From Candidatus Komeilibacteria bacterium (lineage in GTDB: Bacteria > Patescibacteriota > Patescibacteriia > UBA1558), in assembly GCA_048538275.1 (NCBI GenBank), contig JBLYPW010000001.1, positions 365,928 to 429,927 on the forward strand: 64,000 nucleotides of DNA. The letters are read 5' to 3'. The first letter of the stretch is position 1. Every line of letters starts with the position of its first letter. The notes under the pieces are model-generated. The model was given only the letters and a program-made list of their open reading frames with translations. It did not search any database and was not told where the DNA came from. Both the position numbers and the translations under genes were made by a program. Below are positions 10,001 through 18,250 of the stretch, one piece after another.

Positions 10001-10474
10001 GGTAAGGCCTATGCTACCAATGATAGCTTGATGGAATACTTGCATAATATGGAAAATGCTCTGATTGCTAAAGATGTCAACAATATTGCCAAGCATAGAC
10101 CGAATATGAGCATTAAGTATGAAGATGATAAAGGAAAGATGCATGGCTATTTATTAGGCTATGAAGGGCGACTAGATAAAGATGGTGAGGCTATTATTTA
10201 TGTATCTGATTTAGCTTCTGATGGCAATAAGCGTGCTGGTGGATCATTGATATTGGGTTTTGCTCAGCTTTATAAGGAGCATTATTTAGATAAGGGCAAT
10301 CTATTGCCGATTTATGCGCAGATGCGTGATAAGACATCTTATGAGATAATAAAGAAACAACTGGATAAACTTTCTGGTCAGCTAGGTATAAAATTTATTA
10401 TGGAAGAAACAGGCACTTATCAATCCGGTGGCGACACCATGCACGAAGTTATCTTACGGCCGGTCAAAGAGTAA
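7043..10474 (+). CDS. Large hypothetical protein: N-terminal 33-aa helical repeats, central GNDTACCM domain, C-terminal GNAT-like domain
   Basis: 1143-aa ORF; repeats visible in DNA; tail MHGYLLGYEG...IYVSDLAS...AGGSLI resembles a GNAT fold (inference). Confidence 0.8.
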   Translation: MSLENPQLNNQAPQAENIETEYTVEEVEWKAKVINNSMGQFLQAKALNLVESITYEDKQAKALSGIAQAQAGQGQIEPALHIARSITHEYYKAEALSGIAQAQAGQGQIEPALHSAESIIDEYNKAKALSGIAQAQAGQGQIEPALHIARSITSEYVKAKVLSGIAQAQVNEDQLDRIVKLAESITHEYYKAKVLSAIAQAQAGQGQIEPALHIAESITNESEKAKVLSAIAQAQAGQGQIEPALHIAESITHEHYKDEALSAIVQAQTRQAAKLVSNNRLDLSQDQSMLDKLFSKAVLHKDSEILRSLGFILTLEEQNRLLAIIAPSEQSICRRQFNFKIKELGVQLMDLCGTDTIDGEQRPAYLNQLEILAQTYHLRLSEYLVGADKLDATLSTEEQAKLLFQVIREKSEYWQDEVNVADPFQAGAETFGYANMFKFIDRAGLSRHDALHNFRQVLSVWQASGLTAPAFYHNILEQVQADGADYDEQGNAHGKLNNLVDNINLDFQATIAEAQQFTGINKLQALLRVIQTPEQIFSSWKMLLKYNEICDLLQRKELLEQLQSLPKAGKEKLFNYVETLAFHPNISLPKVMKFWQDIEGFLKIGDSHTPEALQDRKKPSNYINFPHLDLTGEQLRDALVEGDYDKIQAFAPLSIEYDIVDKKAEQIDLSLAEQILQAVGKRSEGIKGQAKNPAKLFSQLTKLFKRYDIKLIDYLRSEQPDEDFPEAELVIKEARILLADNDMGLPEKTTSGNHYRAKINLKSDPDGVVAGNDTACCMPFGSGKNNVYTFNPVCSLFTLQRQTVDGKWRTVAQSVLTRNIDIKKNIADLVSQMEKTDAKMTDLVDDTLLHDQPGIITCDNIEVAKNFQGNDNIIETIYSDFFREYIQQAGADWDRDKIIIGMGYTDALTKLPDIANTFIPEAPVGYSDNLHNSSYVLDLKTTAGQLAFKKKIINKIAPFTEQASSSLPKGIQPLTFHDALPVSYIEGKAYATNDSLMEYLHNMENALIAKDVNNIAKHRPNMSIKYEDDKGKMHGYLLGYEGRLDKDGEAIIYVSDLASDGNKRAGGSLILGFAQLYKEHYLDKGNLLPIYAQMRDKTSYEIIKKQLDKLSGQLGIKFIMEETGTYQSGGDTMHEVILRPVKE
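7190..7846 (+). repeat. Intragenic 99-bp (33-aa) tandem repeat, about 6.6 copies
   Basis: Units start at 7190, 7289, 7388, 7487, 7586, 7685 and 7784; consensus AESITxExxKAKxLSxIAQAQAGQGQIEPALHI. Confidence 0.97.
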
Positions 10475-10650
10475 CTTATGTAATTAATTTAATAATGAAC
10501 TGATTTATAAGCTTATGACGTTTTTTACCCGTATGATGAAGCGCATGACAATAACTCGTCGTAGGCGGTGACCAACTCATCAACTTATGCCGCCATTGGC
10601 GGCAACTCGTCAAAGGCGATGGTAAACTTATTATTTATCAACTAAACTTT

Positions 10651-11703
10651 ATGGAACAATTATTCTGGCCAATAATAAAAATATTTATCCTTACTACGAT
10701 CTCATTTGCTGTTGCCGGCTCTTTGGCGCCTGTGCTGACTCATTTTTTGTATAAATATAAACTGGGCAAAGCTATTCGTTCGGCCGATAGTGCTCCGATC
10801 TTCAATAAATTTCATCAAGCAAAAGCCGGGACGCCGACTATGGGTGGTATTGTTATTTGGGGCACCGTTATTGTATTGGCAATAGTTTTGTTTTATTTAT
10901 CCAAATATGTTCATATTGAGCTTTTTTATAATCTGAATTTTTTGTCTCGTGCGCAAACTTTTTTGCCGCTGGGTGCTTTATTGGCGGCTGCTTTGGTTGG
11001 CTTAGTGGATGATGTGTTTAATGTAAAAAAAGTGGGACCCAAGGGAGGTGGTTTGCGTATGAAGCACAAGCTATTGCTATATTTTATTATTGCTTTGATA
11101 GGCGCCTGGTGGTTTTATTTTAAATTGGATTGGGATTTGCTTTATGTGCCTTTTCTTGGCAATGTTTCTATTGGCTGGTGGTATATACCATTATTTGTTT
11201 TTATTATTTTTGCCACCTCATTTTCTGTAAATGAGACTGATGGTTTGGACGGCTTGGCAGCCGGAGTTTTAATACCCAGTTTTTTAAGTTTCGGAGCGAT
11301 TGCTTTTTTGCAAGGAAAATATGATCTGGCTACTTTTTGCGGTGTATTGATTGGTGCCTTACTAGCTTTTTTGTGGTTTAATATACCGCCCGCTCGGTTT
11401 TTTATGGGTGATACCGGCTCTATGGCTCTGGGCGTGACTTTGGGTATTTTAGCGATGCTTACCAATACAGTTTTTATTTTACCGTTATTGGGTATTGTTT
11501 TGGTGTTAGAATCTTTATCAGTTATTATTCAAGTTATATCAAAGAAATTAAGACATAAGAAAGTTTTTTTATCAGCGCCAATTCATCATCATTTGGAAGC
11601 AAAAGGTTGGCCAGAATCTAAAATTGTCATGCGTTTTTGGGTAGTATCATCAGTGTTTGCTGTGGTCGGCTTTATTATCTTTTTGTTTGATTTCTATGTC
11701 TAA
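10651..11703 (+). CDS. mraY: Phospho-N-acetylmuramoyl-pentapeptide transferase
   Basis: KAGTPTMGG, NETDGLDGL, FFMGDTGS, APIHHHLE. Confidence 0.96.
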   Translation: MEQLFWPIIKIFILTTISFAVAGSLAPVLTHFLYKYKLGKAIRSADSAPIFNKFHQAKAGTPTMGGIVIWGTVIVLAIVLFYLSKYVHIELFYNLNFLSRAQTFLPLGALLAAALVGLVDDVFNVKKVGPKGGGLRMKHKLLLYFIIALIGAWWFYFKLDWDLLYVPFLGNVSIGWWYIPLFVFIIFATSFSVNETDGLDGLAAGVLIPSFLSFGAIAFLQGKYDLATFCGVLIGALLAFLWFNIPPARFFMGDTGSMALGVTLGILAMLTNTVFILPLLGIVLVLESLSVIIQVISKKLRHKKVFLSAPIHHHLEAKGWPESKIVMRFWVVSSVFAVVGFIIFLFDFYV

Positions 11704-13060
11704 ACTTTTTTTTGCCCAAGAGACAAAGTTTTTAGTCATGGGCTTGGGCTTGCATGGCGGCGGGGCGGGAGTGGCTGCTTGGTTAGGTAAACATCGCTAT
11801 CAAACAATCATTACCGATCAGAAAACAGCTAAAGAATTAGCCAGTGTTGTTCGGCCTTTACGCCAGTACAAAACTTTAACTTGGCACTTGGGTGGTCATC
11901 AAGCGGTTGATTTTAGGGATGTGGATATTATTATTGCTAATCCGGCTGTACGACGTGATCATCCTTTATTAGAGACGGCTCGTCAGGCTGGCGTGGAAAT
12001 TTATAATGACATGTCTTTCTTTTTACAACTTTGCCCCGCTTCCGTGATTGCTGTCACTGGCACCAAGGGTAAAAGTACTACTGCTAATATTATTTATCAG
12101 TTATTAAAAGTAGCTGGTAAGTCCGCCTATCTAGGGGGCAATATTCGTATCAGTCCTTTTAAATGGCTGGATAAGATGAAACCAAATGACTGGGTGGTAC
12201 TAGAGATGTCCAGCTGGCAATGTGAGGGTTTAGCTAGTCATTCATATGCGCCCGCTGTGGCGGTGTTAACTAATATCGGCAGGGACCATCTCAACACTTA
12301 TGATTCTTGGCAGTCTTATCGTCTTGCCAAGTCATTGTTATTTAGATATCAGACAAAAAATGATTTAGCTGTTTTTAATAAAGACGATAAAGATAGTCAA
12401 GTTATTGCCAATAACAGTCAGGCCACTAAAAGATTTTTTTCTTTACAAAGTAAGGGAGGTGTCAGATTGGCGGATAATATGATTTATTATCAACATAAGA
12501 AATTATTGCCTCGCAATGATATTAAATTACTTGGCCGACATAATAGTGCTAATATATTAGCGGCTTTGCAGGTGGCAGATTATTTAGGCATCAATCCGAC
12601 TGTTCTGCGACAAGGTTTGAGAAATATTAAAGCTCTAGCTGGTCGTTGTCAGCTGATTCGTCGCTATCAGGGAGTAAGTTATTATAATGACACCACAGCT
12701 ACAGCGCCCACTGCCACAATGAGCACTGTGGCCAGTTTGGCTGAGCCGTTAGTGTTGATTGCTGGTGGTACTGATAAGCGATTGGCTTATAAAAAATTAG
12801 CCACTCTAATAAGTCGGCGAGTTAAGTATCTGGTTTTATTACCCGGTAGCGCCACTGATTTATTAGTGAAAGAGTTGCGATTATTACATTATAAAGATTG
12901 GCAGGTGGTCACCTCTATGCTACAAGCGGTAAAAGTGGCTGCTCAGCGGGCTAGTAAGGGGGAGGTGGTTTTGCTATCACCAGCTGCCGCCAGTTTTGGT
13001 TTATTTGTTAATGAATTTGATAGAGGTGATAAATTTAATCAAGCAGTTAAAGCATTATGA
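11696..13060 (+). CDS. murD: UDP-N-acetylmuramoyl-L-alanine--D-glutamate ligase
   Basis: VMGLGLHGGG, AVTGTKGKSTT, LEMSSWQ, LLSPAAASFGLF; ATG at 11696 preferred. Confidence 0.94.
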   Translation: MSKLFFAQETKFLVMGLGLHGGGAGVAAWLGKHRYQTIITDQKTAKELASVVRPLRQYKTLTWHLGGHQAVDFRDVDIIIANPAVRRDHPLLETARQAGVEIYNDMSFFLQLCPASVIAVTGTKGKSTTANIIYQLLKVAGKSAYLGGNIRISPFKWLDKMKPNDWVVLEMSSWQCEGLASHSYAPAVAVLTNIGRDHLNTYDSWQSYRLAKSLLFRYQTKNDLAVFNKDDKDSQVIANNSQATKRFFSLQSKGGVRLADNMIYYQHKKLLPRNDIKLLGRHNSANILAALQVADYLGINPTVLRQGLRNIKALAGRCQLIRRYQGVSYYNDTTATAPTATMSTVASLAEPLVLIAGGTDKRLAYKKLATLISRRVKYLVLLPGSATDLLVKELRLLHYKDWQVVTSMLQAVKVAAQRASKGEVVLLSPAAASFGLFVNEFDRGDKFNQAVKAL

Positions 13061-14217
13061 GAAATAGAGAAAATTTTTTTACTATGTTGCGGTCTCCTTT
13101 TCTTGCCAAGAGGGGAGAGCATAATCCAGACCAAACTTTATTAATCAGTAGCGGTTTGCTGATCTTATTTGGTCTTTTGATGTTATCTTCCGCCAGCACA
13201 GTTATCGCTTTCCAGGAATATGGTGATCGTTATTATTTTTTTAAACATCAAATTCTACATGGTCTTTTACCCGGTTTAATTGTCTTTTGGGTGGGCCTTA
13301 AAATAAATTATCAGGTTTGGCAACGCAATGCATTTTATATGTTATTGATATCTGTTGGTTTACTTATTTTACTTATGATTCCGGGATTGGGCGTGGCGCA
13401 TGGCGGGGCGACTCGTTGGCTCAGTATTGCCGGTATAGAATTTCAACCTTCAGAAATAGTAAAAATCACCTTTCTCATTTATTTAGCTACTTGGTTAGCT
13501 AAAAAAGGAAGTCGTGGTTTGCAGGACGTAGAATACGGCACCATCCCTTTTATTTCTATTATTGTTATTATTGCTTTTTTATTTTTACAACAGCCTGATT
13601 TAGGTACTTTATTAGTAATTTTGGCTTTTTCTTTTTTATTGTATATTATTGCGGGTGCTCCTTGGCGGCATATCCTTGCCATTATGGGTGTAGGCGCATT
13701 AGCAATTTTACTTTTGATTTTTTCCAGTGATTATAGGGCAGAGCGCTTTCAAACTTTTTTGTCTGGCGGTGACACGCTTGACTCCGGTTATCATATTAAT
13801 CAAGCCAAAATTGCGGTTGGTTCAGGTGGTTTTTGGGGATTGGGCTTGGGTCATTCTAAACAGAAATTTAATTATTTACCGGAGGTACAGGGCGATTCTA
13901 TTTTTGCCATTATAGCAGAAGAGACGGGTTTTTTAATTAGTAGTTTGTTAATTTTGTCATTTTTGTTAATATTGATACGTGGTTTTAGGATAGCTCGTGG
14001 TAGTCCGGACGAATTTGGTCGTTTGTTAGCCGCCGGTATTACAGTCTGGATAGTGATACAGGCCTTGATAAATATCGGTGCCATGTTAGGGGTATTACCT
14101 TTGACTGGTATCACATTGCCATTTATATCGTATGGCGGTACTTCTTTAGCGATTCTTTTATTTGCTATGGGAGTATTGCTTAATATATCTAAACATACTA
14201 TACAAAAGAGATTATGA
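13057..14217 (+). CDS. ftsW: Peptidoglycan polymerase FtsW (SEDS family)
   Basis: FQPSEIVK, QPDLGT, LPLTGITLPFISYGGTS; dcw context. Confidence 0.93.
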   Translation: MRNRENFFTMLRSPFLAKRGEHNPDQTLLISSGLLILFGLLMLSSASTVIAFQEYGDRYYFFKHQILHGLLPGLIVFWVGLKINYQVWQRNAFYMLLISVGLLILLMIPGLGVAHGGATRWLSIAGIEFQPSEIVKITFLIYLATWLAKKGSRGLQDVEYGTIPFISIIVIIAFLFLQQPDLGTLLVILAFSFLLYIIAGAPWRHILAIMGVGALAILLLIFSSDYRAERFQTFLSGGDTLDSGYHINQAKIAVGSGGFWGLGLGHSKQKFNYLPEVQGDSIFAIIAEETGFLISSLLILSFLLILIRGFRIARGSPDEFGRLLAAGITVWIVIQALINIGAMLGVLPLTGITLPFISYGGTSLAILLFAMGVLLNISKHTIQKRL

Positions 14218-15293
14218 AGCTTGTTTTTACAGGTGGGGGTACTATGGGTTCTGTTTCACCACTGATTGCGGAAATAGATTACCTTTTATCCGCGCATGGT
14301 TTTTTACCGGAGGATTTTTTATGGATTGGCACTATTGCTGGTCCGGAGAGAGCGGTAGTGAAGAAATACAATATAAAATATAGAGCCATACCGGCGGGTA
14401 AGCTCCGGCGTTATTTTGCTTGGCAAAATTTAATTGATCCTTTAAAGGTGGGAGCTGGGTTGGTAAGCGCTTGGCAAGTATTGCGTCATTGGCGCCCCCA
14501 GGTAGTGGTCACAGCTGGTAGTTTTGTGTCCGTGCCAGTAGTTTTAGCTGCTAAAATTCTGGGTATAAAAATTTTGGTGCATCAGTTAGATTTGGTGCCT
14601 GGTTTGGCCAATCGCTTAATGAGCCGTTGGGCTGACAAAGTTACGGTATCTTGGCCAGAATTATTGGATAAGTTTGTCGGTGAAAAAACCGAATGGGTGG
14701 GCACTCCTATTCGTAGGGAAATATGGAAGCCAGTCAATGTTCCTTTGACGCCAAAGTTGACTTTATTAGGTGATCGTCCCTTACTATTGGTTATGGGAGG
14801 GGGAACGGGAGCGCGTGATATAAATGAATTGGTGGCAGCACAACTACCTGTTTTATTAAAGAATTGGGAAATTTTTCACATTACCGGTCCTAATAAATCT
14901 ATTCATGTTGATTTACCAAATAATTTGGCTAAATATTATCAGCAGCGAGAATTTGTACACGATGATTTGGGTTATTTGATTCAGGCGGCAGATGTGATTG
15001 TCGCTAGAGCAGGTATTGGTACAATTTCTGAGATAATGACAATGGGTAAGAGCGCTGTCATTATACCCATTCCTCATTCGCATCAGGAAATTAATGCTGA
15101 TTATTTTTCTAGACACGGTGCTATTATTAAACTGGACCAGATGAAATTGACTGGCGTGGCATTTACTAATCAGTTAAATATTTTACGTACAAATAAAAAA
15201 ATTTCAGATTCACTGAAAAAAAATTCTAAATTATTATTACGTGACAATCCGTCAGAGAGGCTAGCGCAGGCTATCTTTGCTTTAGTAAAGTAA
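14214..15293 (+). CDS. murG: MurG glycosyltransferase
   Basis: TGGGTMGSVSP, AGKLRRYF, MGGGTGA, RAGIGT, HQEINA. Confidence 0.93.
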   Translation: MKLVFTGGGTMGSVSPLIAEIDYLLSAHGFLPEDFLWIGTIAGPERAVVKKYNIKYRAIPAGKLRRYFAWQNLIDPLKVGAGLVSAWQVLRHWRPQVVVTAGSFVSVPVVLAAKILGIKILVHQLDLVPGLANRLMSRWADKVTVSWPELLDKFVGEKTEWVGTPIRREIWKPVNVPLTPKLTLLGDRPLLLVMGGGTGARDINELVAAQLPVLLKNWEIFHITGPNKSIHVDLPNNLAKYYQQREFVHDDLGYLIQAADVIVARAGIGTISEIMTMGKSAVIIPIPHSHQEINADYFSRHGAIIKLDQMKLTGVAFTNQLNILRTNKKISDSLKKNSKLLLRDNPSERLAQAIFALVK

Positions 15294-15297
15294 GTGT

Positions 15298-16686
15298 ATG
15301 ACTATTTTTGATAAGTATAAAAAAATATATTTATCCGGCATCGGCGGTATTGGCGTGTCAGCCATCGCTCGTCTTTTTAAGTACCATAATGCAGAAGTCA
15401 GTGGTTCGGATGCGCGCCCCTCTAGTATTACTGATGATCTAGAAAGAGTCGGTATTAAAATTAACTGGAGTCAGGTTGCCGATAATATTGATAAAGATAT
15501 TGATTTATTTATTTATACTCCCGCCTTGCCAATGCAACATCCTGAGCGACAAGCAGCTATCAAAAATGGACTGACTTGTTATAGCTATCCCGAATTTTTG
15601 GGAGTATTATCTCAGGAATATAAAACCATAGCTGTCTCTGGCACGCATGGCAAATCTACCACCACTGCTATGTTGGGGTTGATGATGAGTGCTTGTGGTT
15701 TTGATCCTACCGTTATAGTAGGTAGCCAGGTAGATGAGTGGGATCATAATTTACGCATTGGTAAAAGTGAATATCTTGTATTAGAGGCTTGTGAATATAG
15801 GGGTCATATGTTGTCATTACATCCTGCGTATACTGTTTTGACAAATATTGAGCCTGACCATTTGGATTATTATAAAGATTTGGATGATATTAAACATCAT
15901 TTTTCCCGTTTTATTGAACAAACATCAAGCACGGATCGTGTATGGGCAAATATTGATAATATCGCCCTCAAAGATTTAATAGATAATTATCAGCTTCATA
16001 GCTGGGGTTTTTCTTCGGCAGCGCAAATTTGGGCGGGTGATATTGATGGCCAAAACGGCCAGCAAAATTTTGTTTTATATAAAGGTGGCAAGCCTTTACA
16101 AAAATTTAATTTGTTTGTGCCTGGACGATTTAATATAGCAAATGCTGTAGGAGCCTTAGCTATCATCGTTGCTTTAGGTGGAAATTTGGAATTGGCAGCT
16201 CAAGCTTTAGCTAAGTATAGAGGATGTTGGCGACGTTTTGAGTTGCTTGGGCAAGTACAGGGAGTGGATAGAACCATTTTAGTGAGTGATTATGCTCATC
16301 ATCCCACGGCTGTAAAGGCTACTATCAAAGCAGCTCGTGATTTTTATCCTGAGCGCAGAATAGTCGTAGCCTTTCAGCCACATCAGCATAATCGGACAAA
16401 AAAGTTATTTTATGAATTTAGTAAGGCTTTTGGACAAGCGGATATAGTTTTACTTAATCCAATTTACGATGTAGCAGGACGTGAGGAAAAAGATGATCAG
16501 GATGTCTCTAGTAAAATTTTGGCTCAGGCTATAAAAAAACAGACCGGTGGGTCAGTCAGTGTAAGTGAGAGCTTGGAGGATACAAAAAAAATTTTACAAA
16601 CTATAATAAAGCCGGGTGATATAGTCATTGTTATGGGCGCAGGTGATATTGATGAGATAGCTAGGCAATTAAGACAAACAGTATGA
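15298..16686 (+). CDS. murC: UDP-N-acetylmuramate--L-alanine ligase
   Basis: GIGGIGVSA, SGTHGKSTTT, DYAHHPT, FQPHQ, MGAGDI. Confidence 0.96.
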   Translation: MTIFDKYKKIYLSGIGGIGVSAIARLFKYHNAEVSGSDARPSSITDDLERVGIKINWSQVADNIDKDIDLFIYTPALPMQHPERQAAIKNGLTCYSYPEFLGVLSQEYKTIAVSGTHGKSTTTAMLGLMMSACGFDPTVIVGSQVDEWDHNLRIGKSEYLVLEACEYRGHMLSLHPAYTVLTNIEPDHLDYYKDLDDIKHHFSRFIEQTSSTDRVWANIDNIALKDLIDNYQLHSWGFSSAAQIWAGDIDGQNGQQNFVLYKGGKPLQKFNLFVPGRFNIANAVGALAIIVALGGNLELAAQALAKYRGCWRRFELLGQVQGVDRTILVSDYAHHPTAVKATIKAARDFYPERRIVVAFQPHQHNRTKKLFYEFSKAFGQADIVLLNPIYDVAGREEKDDQDVSSKILAQAIKKQTGGSVSVSESLEDTKKILQTIIKPGDIVIVMGAGDIDEIARQLRQTV

Positions 16687-17816
16687 AAAATATATTATCA
16701 ACTATAAAAAAATTGGGTATCGTAGTAGAAACCGATATACCCCTAGCGACAAAAACAGTATTTCGTATAGGCGGACCGGCTAAATATTATTTTCAAGTAA
16801 ATAGCATCACGCAAATAATACACTTATTGCCATTATTGTTGGACAACGGCATTGATTATTTGATTTTAGGTAGTGGCTCTAATATGCTAATAGCGGACAG
16901 CGGTTTTCCCGGCGCTGTAATACATTTAAATATTTTAGGTAAGGAAATTATCAGCCAAGATAAAAATAAAGTTATCTGGAAATTGGGAGCGGGTGAGGTT
17001 TGGGATCAGTGTGTTGCTGATGCAGTCGCTAATGATTGGTGGGGGATAGAAAATTTATCTTATATTCCCGGTCAAGCAGGCGCTTTGCCGATTCAAAATG
17101 TTGGCGCTTATGGTCAGCAAGCCAGTGATGTTATATCAGAAGTTACAGTTTATGATACTCAGCAAAGGAAAGTTTCTCAGTTGACTCCGGCGGAATGTTC
17201 ATTTAGCTATCGTCATAGTATTTTTAATCAAGAAGCTATGGGGAGGTATATAGTTCTCAATATTACATTATCTTTATCTAAACACCCCCAGCCATCATTG
17301 GATTATCCTGACTTGATTAAGTATTTTGCCGAACAGCATGACTTGGAAAAAAGTTTAGCAAACATTAGGAAAGCTATCATTTATATACGGCAGCAAAAAT
17401 TACCTGATTATAAGATCATCGGCAGTGCCGGATCATTTTTTAAGATAGTAATGCTACCACGTAGTGATGAAGATAAGATTCGAGATAGATTGAGTAAAAA
17501 ATTTACCCCTCATATCATAGAAAGGTACAATGAAATTGTCTCTAAATTTGCTAGTGAAGATATGATTAAATTATCGCCTGGTTTTTTGTTGGATATTTGT
17601 AATTGGCGTGGCAAAAATTGCGGTCAAGCTGTTTTTTATAAAAAGCATGCGATGGTGATAATAAATCGGGCCAATAAAGCCACCGCTGCTGATGTGATTT
17701 GTCTGGCCAAACAAGCGCGTCAAGATGTTTATCAGCGCACGGGTATTATTTTACAACCAGAACCTATGTTTATAGGTTTTAGTGATAAAGAAATTAATAA
17801 TTTTTATAATCTATGA
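16683..17816 (+). CDS. murB: UDP-N-acetylenolpyruvoylglucosamine reductase
   Basis: FRIGGPA, LGSGSN, GIENLSYIPGQAGALPIQNVGAYG, FSYRHSIF, GSAGSFFK. Confidence 0.94.
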   Translation: MKNILSTIKKLGIVVETDIPLATKTVFRIGGPAKYYFQVNSITQIIHLLPLLLDNGIDYLILGSGSNMLIADSGFPGAVIHLNILGKEIISQDKNKVIWKLGAGEVWDQCVADAVANDWWGIENLSYIPGQAGALPIQNVGAYGQQASDVISEVTVYDTQQRKVSQLTPAECSFSYRHSIFNQEAMGRYIVLNITLSLSKHPQPSLDYPDLIKYFAEQHDLEKSLANIRKAIIYIRQQKLPDYKIIGSAGSFFKIVMLPRSDEDKIRDRLSKKFTPHIIERYNEIVSKFASEDMIKLSPGFLLDICNWRGKNCGQAVFYKKHAMVIINRANKATAADVICLAKQARQDVYQRTGIILQPEPMFIGFSDKEINNFYNL

Positions 17817-18175
17817 GCGAAACAATCCGTCAGTGGCGATTAGCCGATGACCAAATTATTTCCTTGGCCGAGGATAGCGGCTTATTTGCGCCGGTAATTT
17901 TAGACGATGAAATGATAAAAAGTATTCAGAGTAGAGATTATCAAGCGCCCGGTCAAAGCGGGGATGAGATCAAGCCTGATTATTTTATTGATTTACTTGA
18001 TTTGGGCGGCAAAACCATGGGTACGGCCGCATTATCTAGTGATAATGTCAATCAATTGATAGCTGATGATAATGCCCAGGCCGATGATATTGTTATGCTA
18101 GTGAGTTATATTAAGCAACAGGTCAGAGATCATCTGGGGGTGCAGTTGATGGATAATCTGGTTTATTCAAAGTAA
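17813..18175 (+). CDS. Degenerate stand-alone MurB C-terminal-like domain
   Basis: YFIDLLDLGGKTMGTAALS...AQADDIVMLVSYIKQQVRDHLGVQL parallels the MurB C-terminus but lacks the KHANF His and terminal Glu motifs. Confidence 0.6.
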   Translation: MSETIRQWRLADDQIISLAEDSGLFAPVILDDEMIKSIQSRDYQAPGQSGDEIKPDYFIDLLDLGGKTMGTAALSSDNVNQLIADDNAQADDIVMLVSYIKQQVRDHLGVQLMDNLVYSK

Positions 18176-18190
18176 TTTTAGGGTACTGAC

Positions 18191-18219
18191 TTGAAGTGCA
18201 GTAGCTTATCTGTTAGAAT
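18191..18219 (+). promoter_or_regulatory. Sigma70-type promoter for secA
   Basis: TTGAAG-N17-TAGAAT with extended TG. Confidence 0.5.
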
Positions 18220-18250
18220 AAGCAAGCTTTTGTAATAATATATTTTTAAT

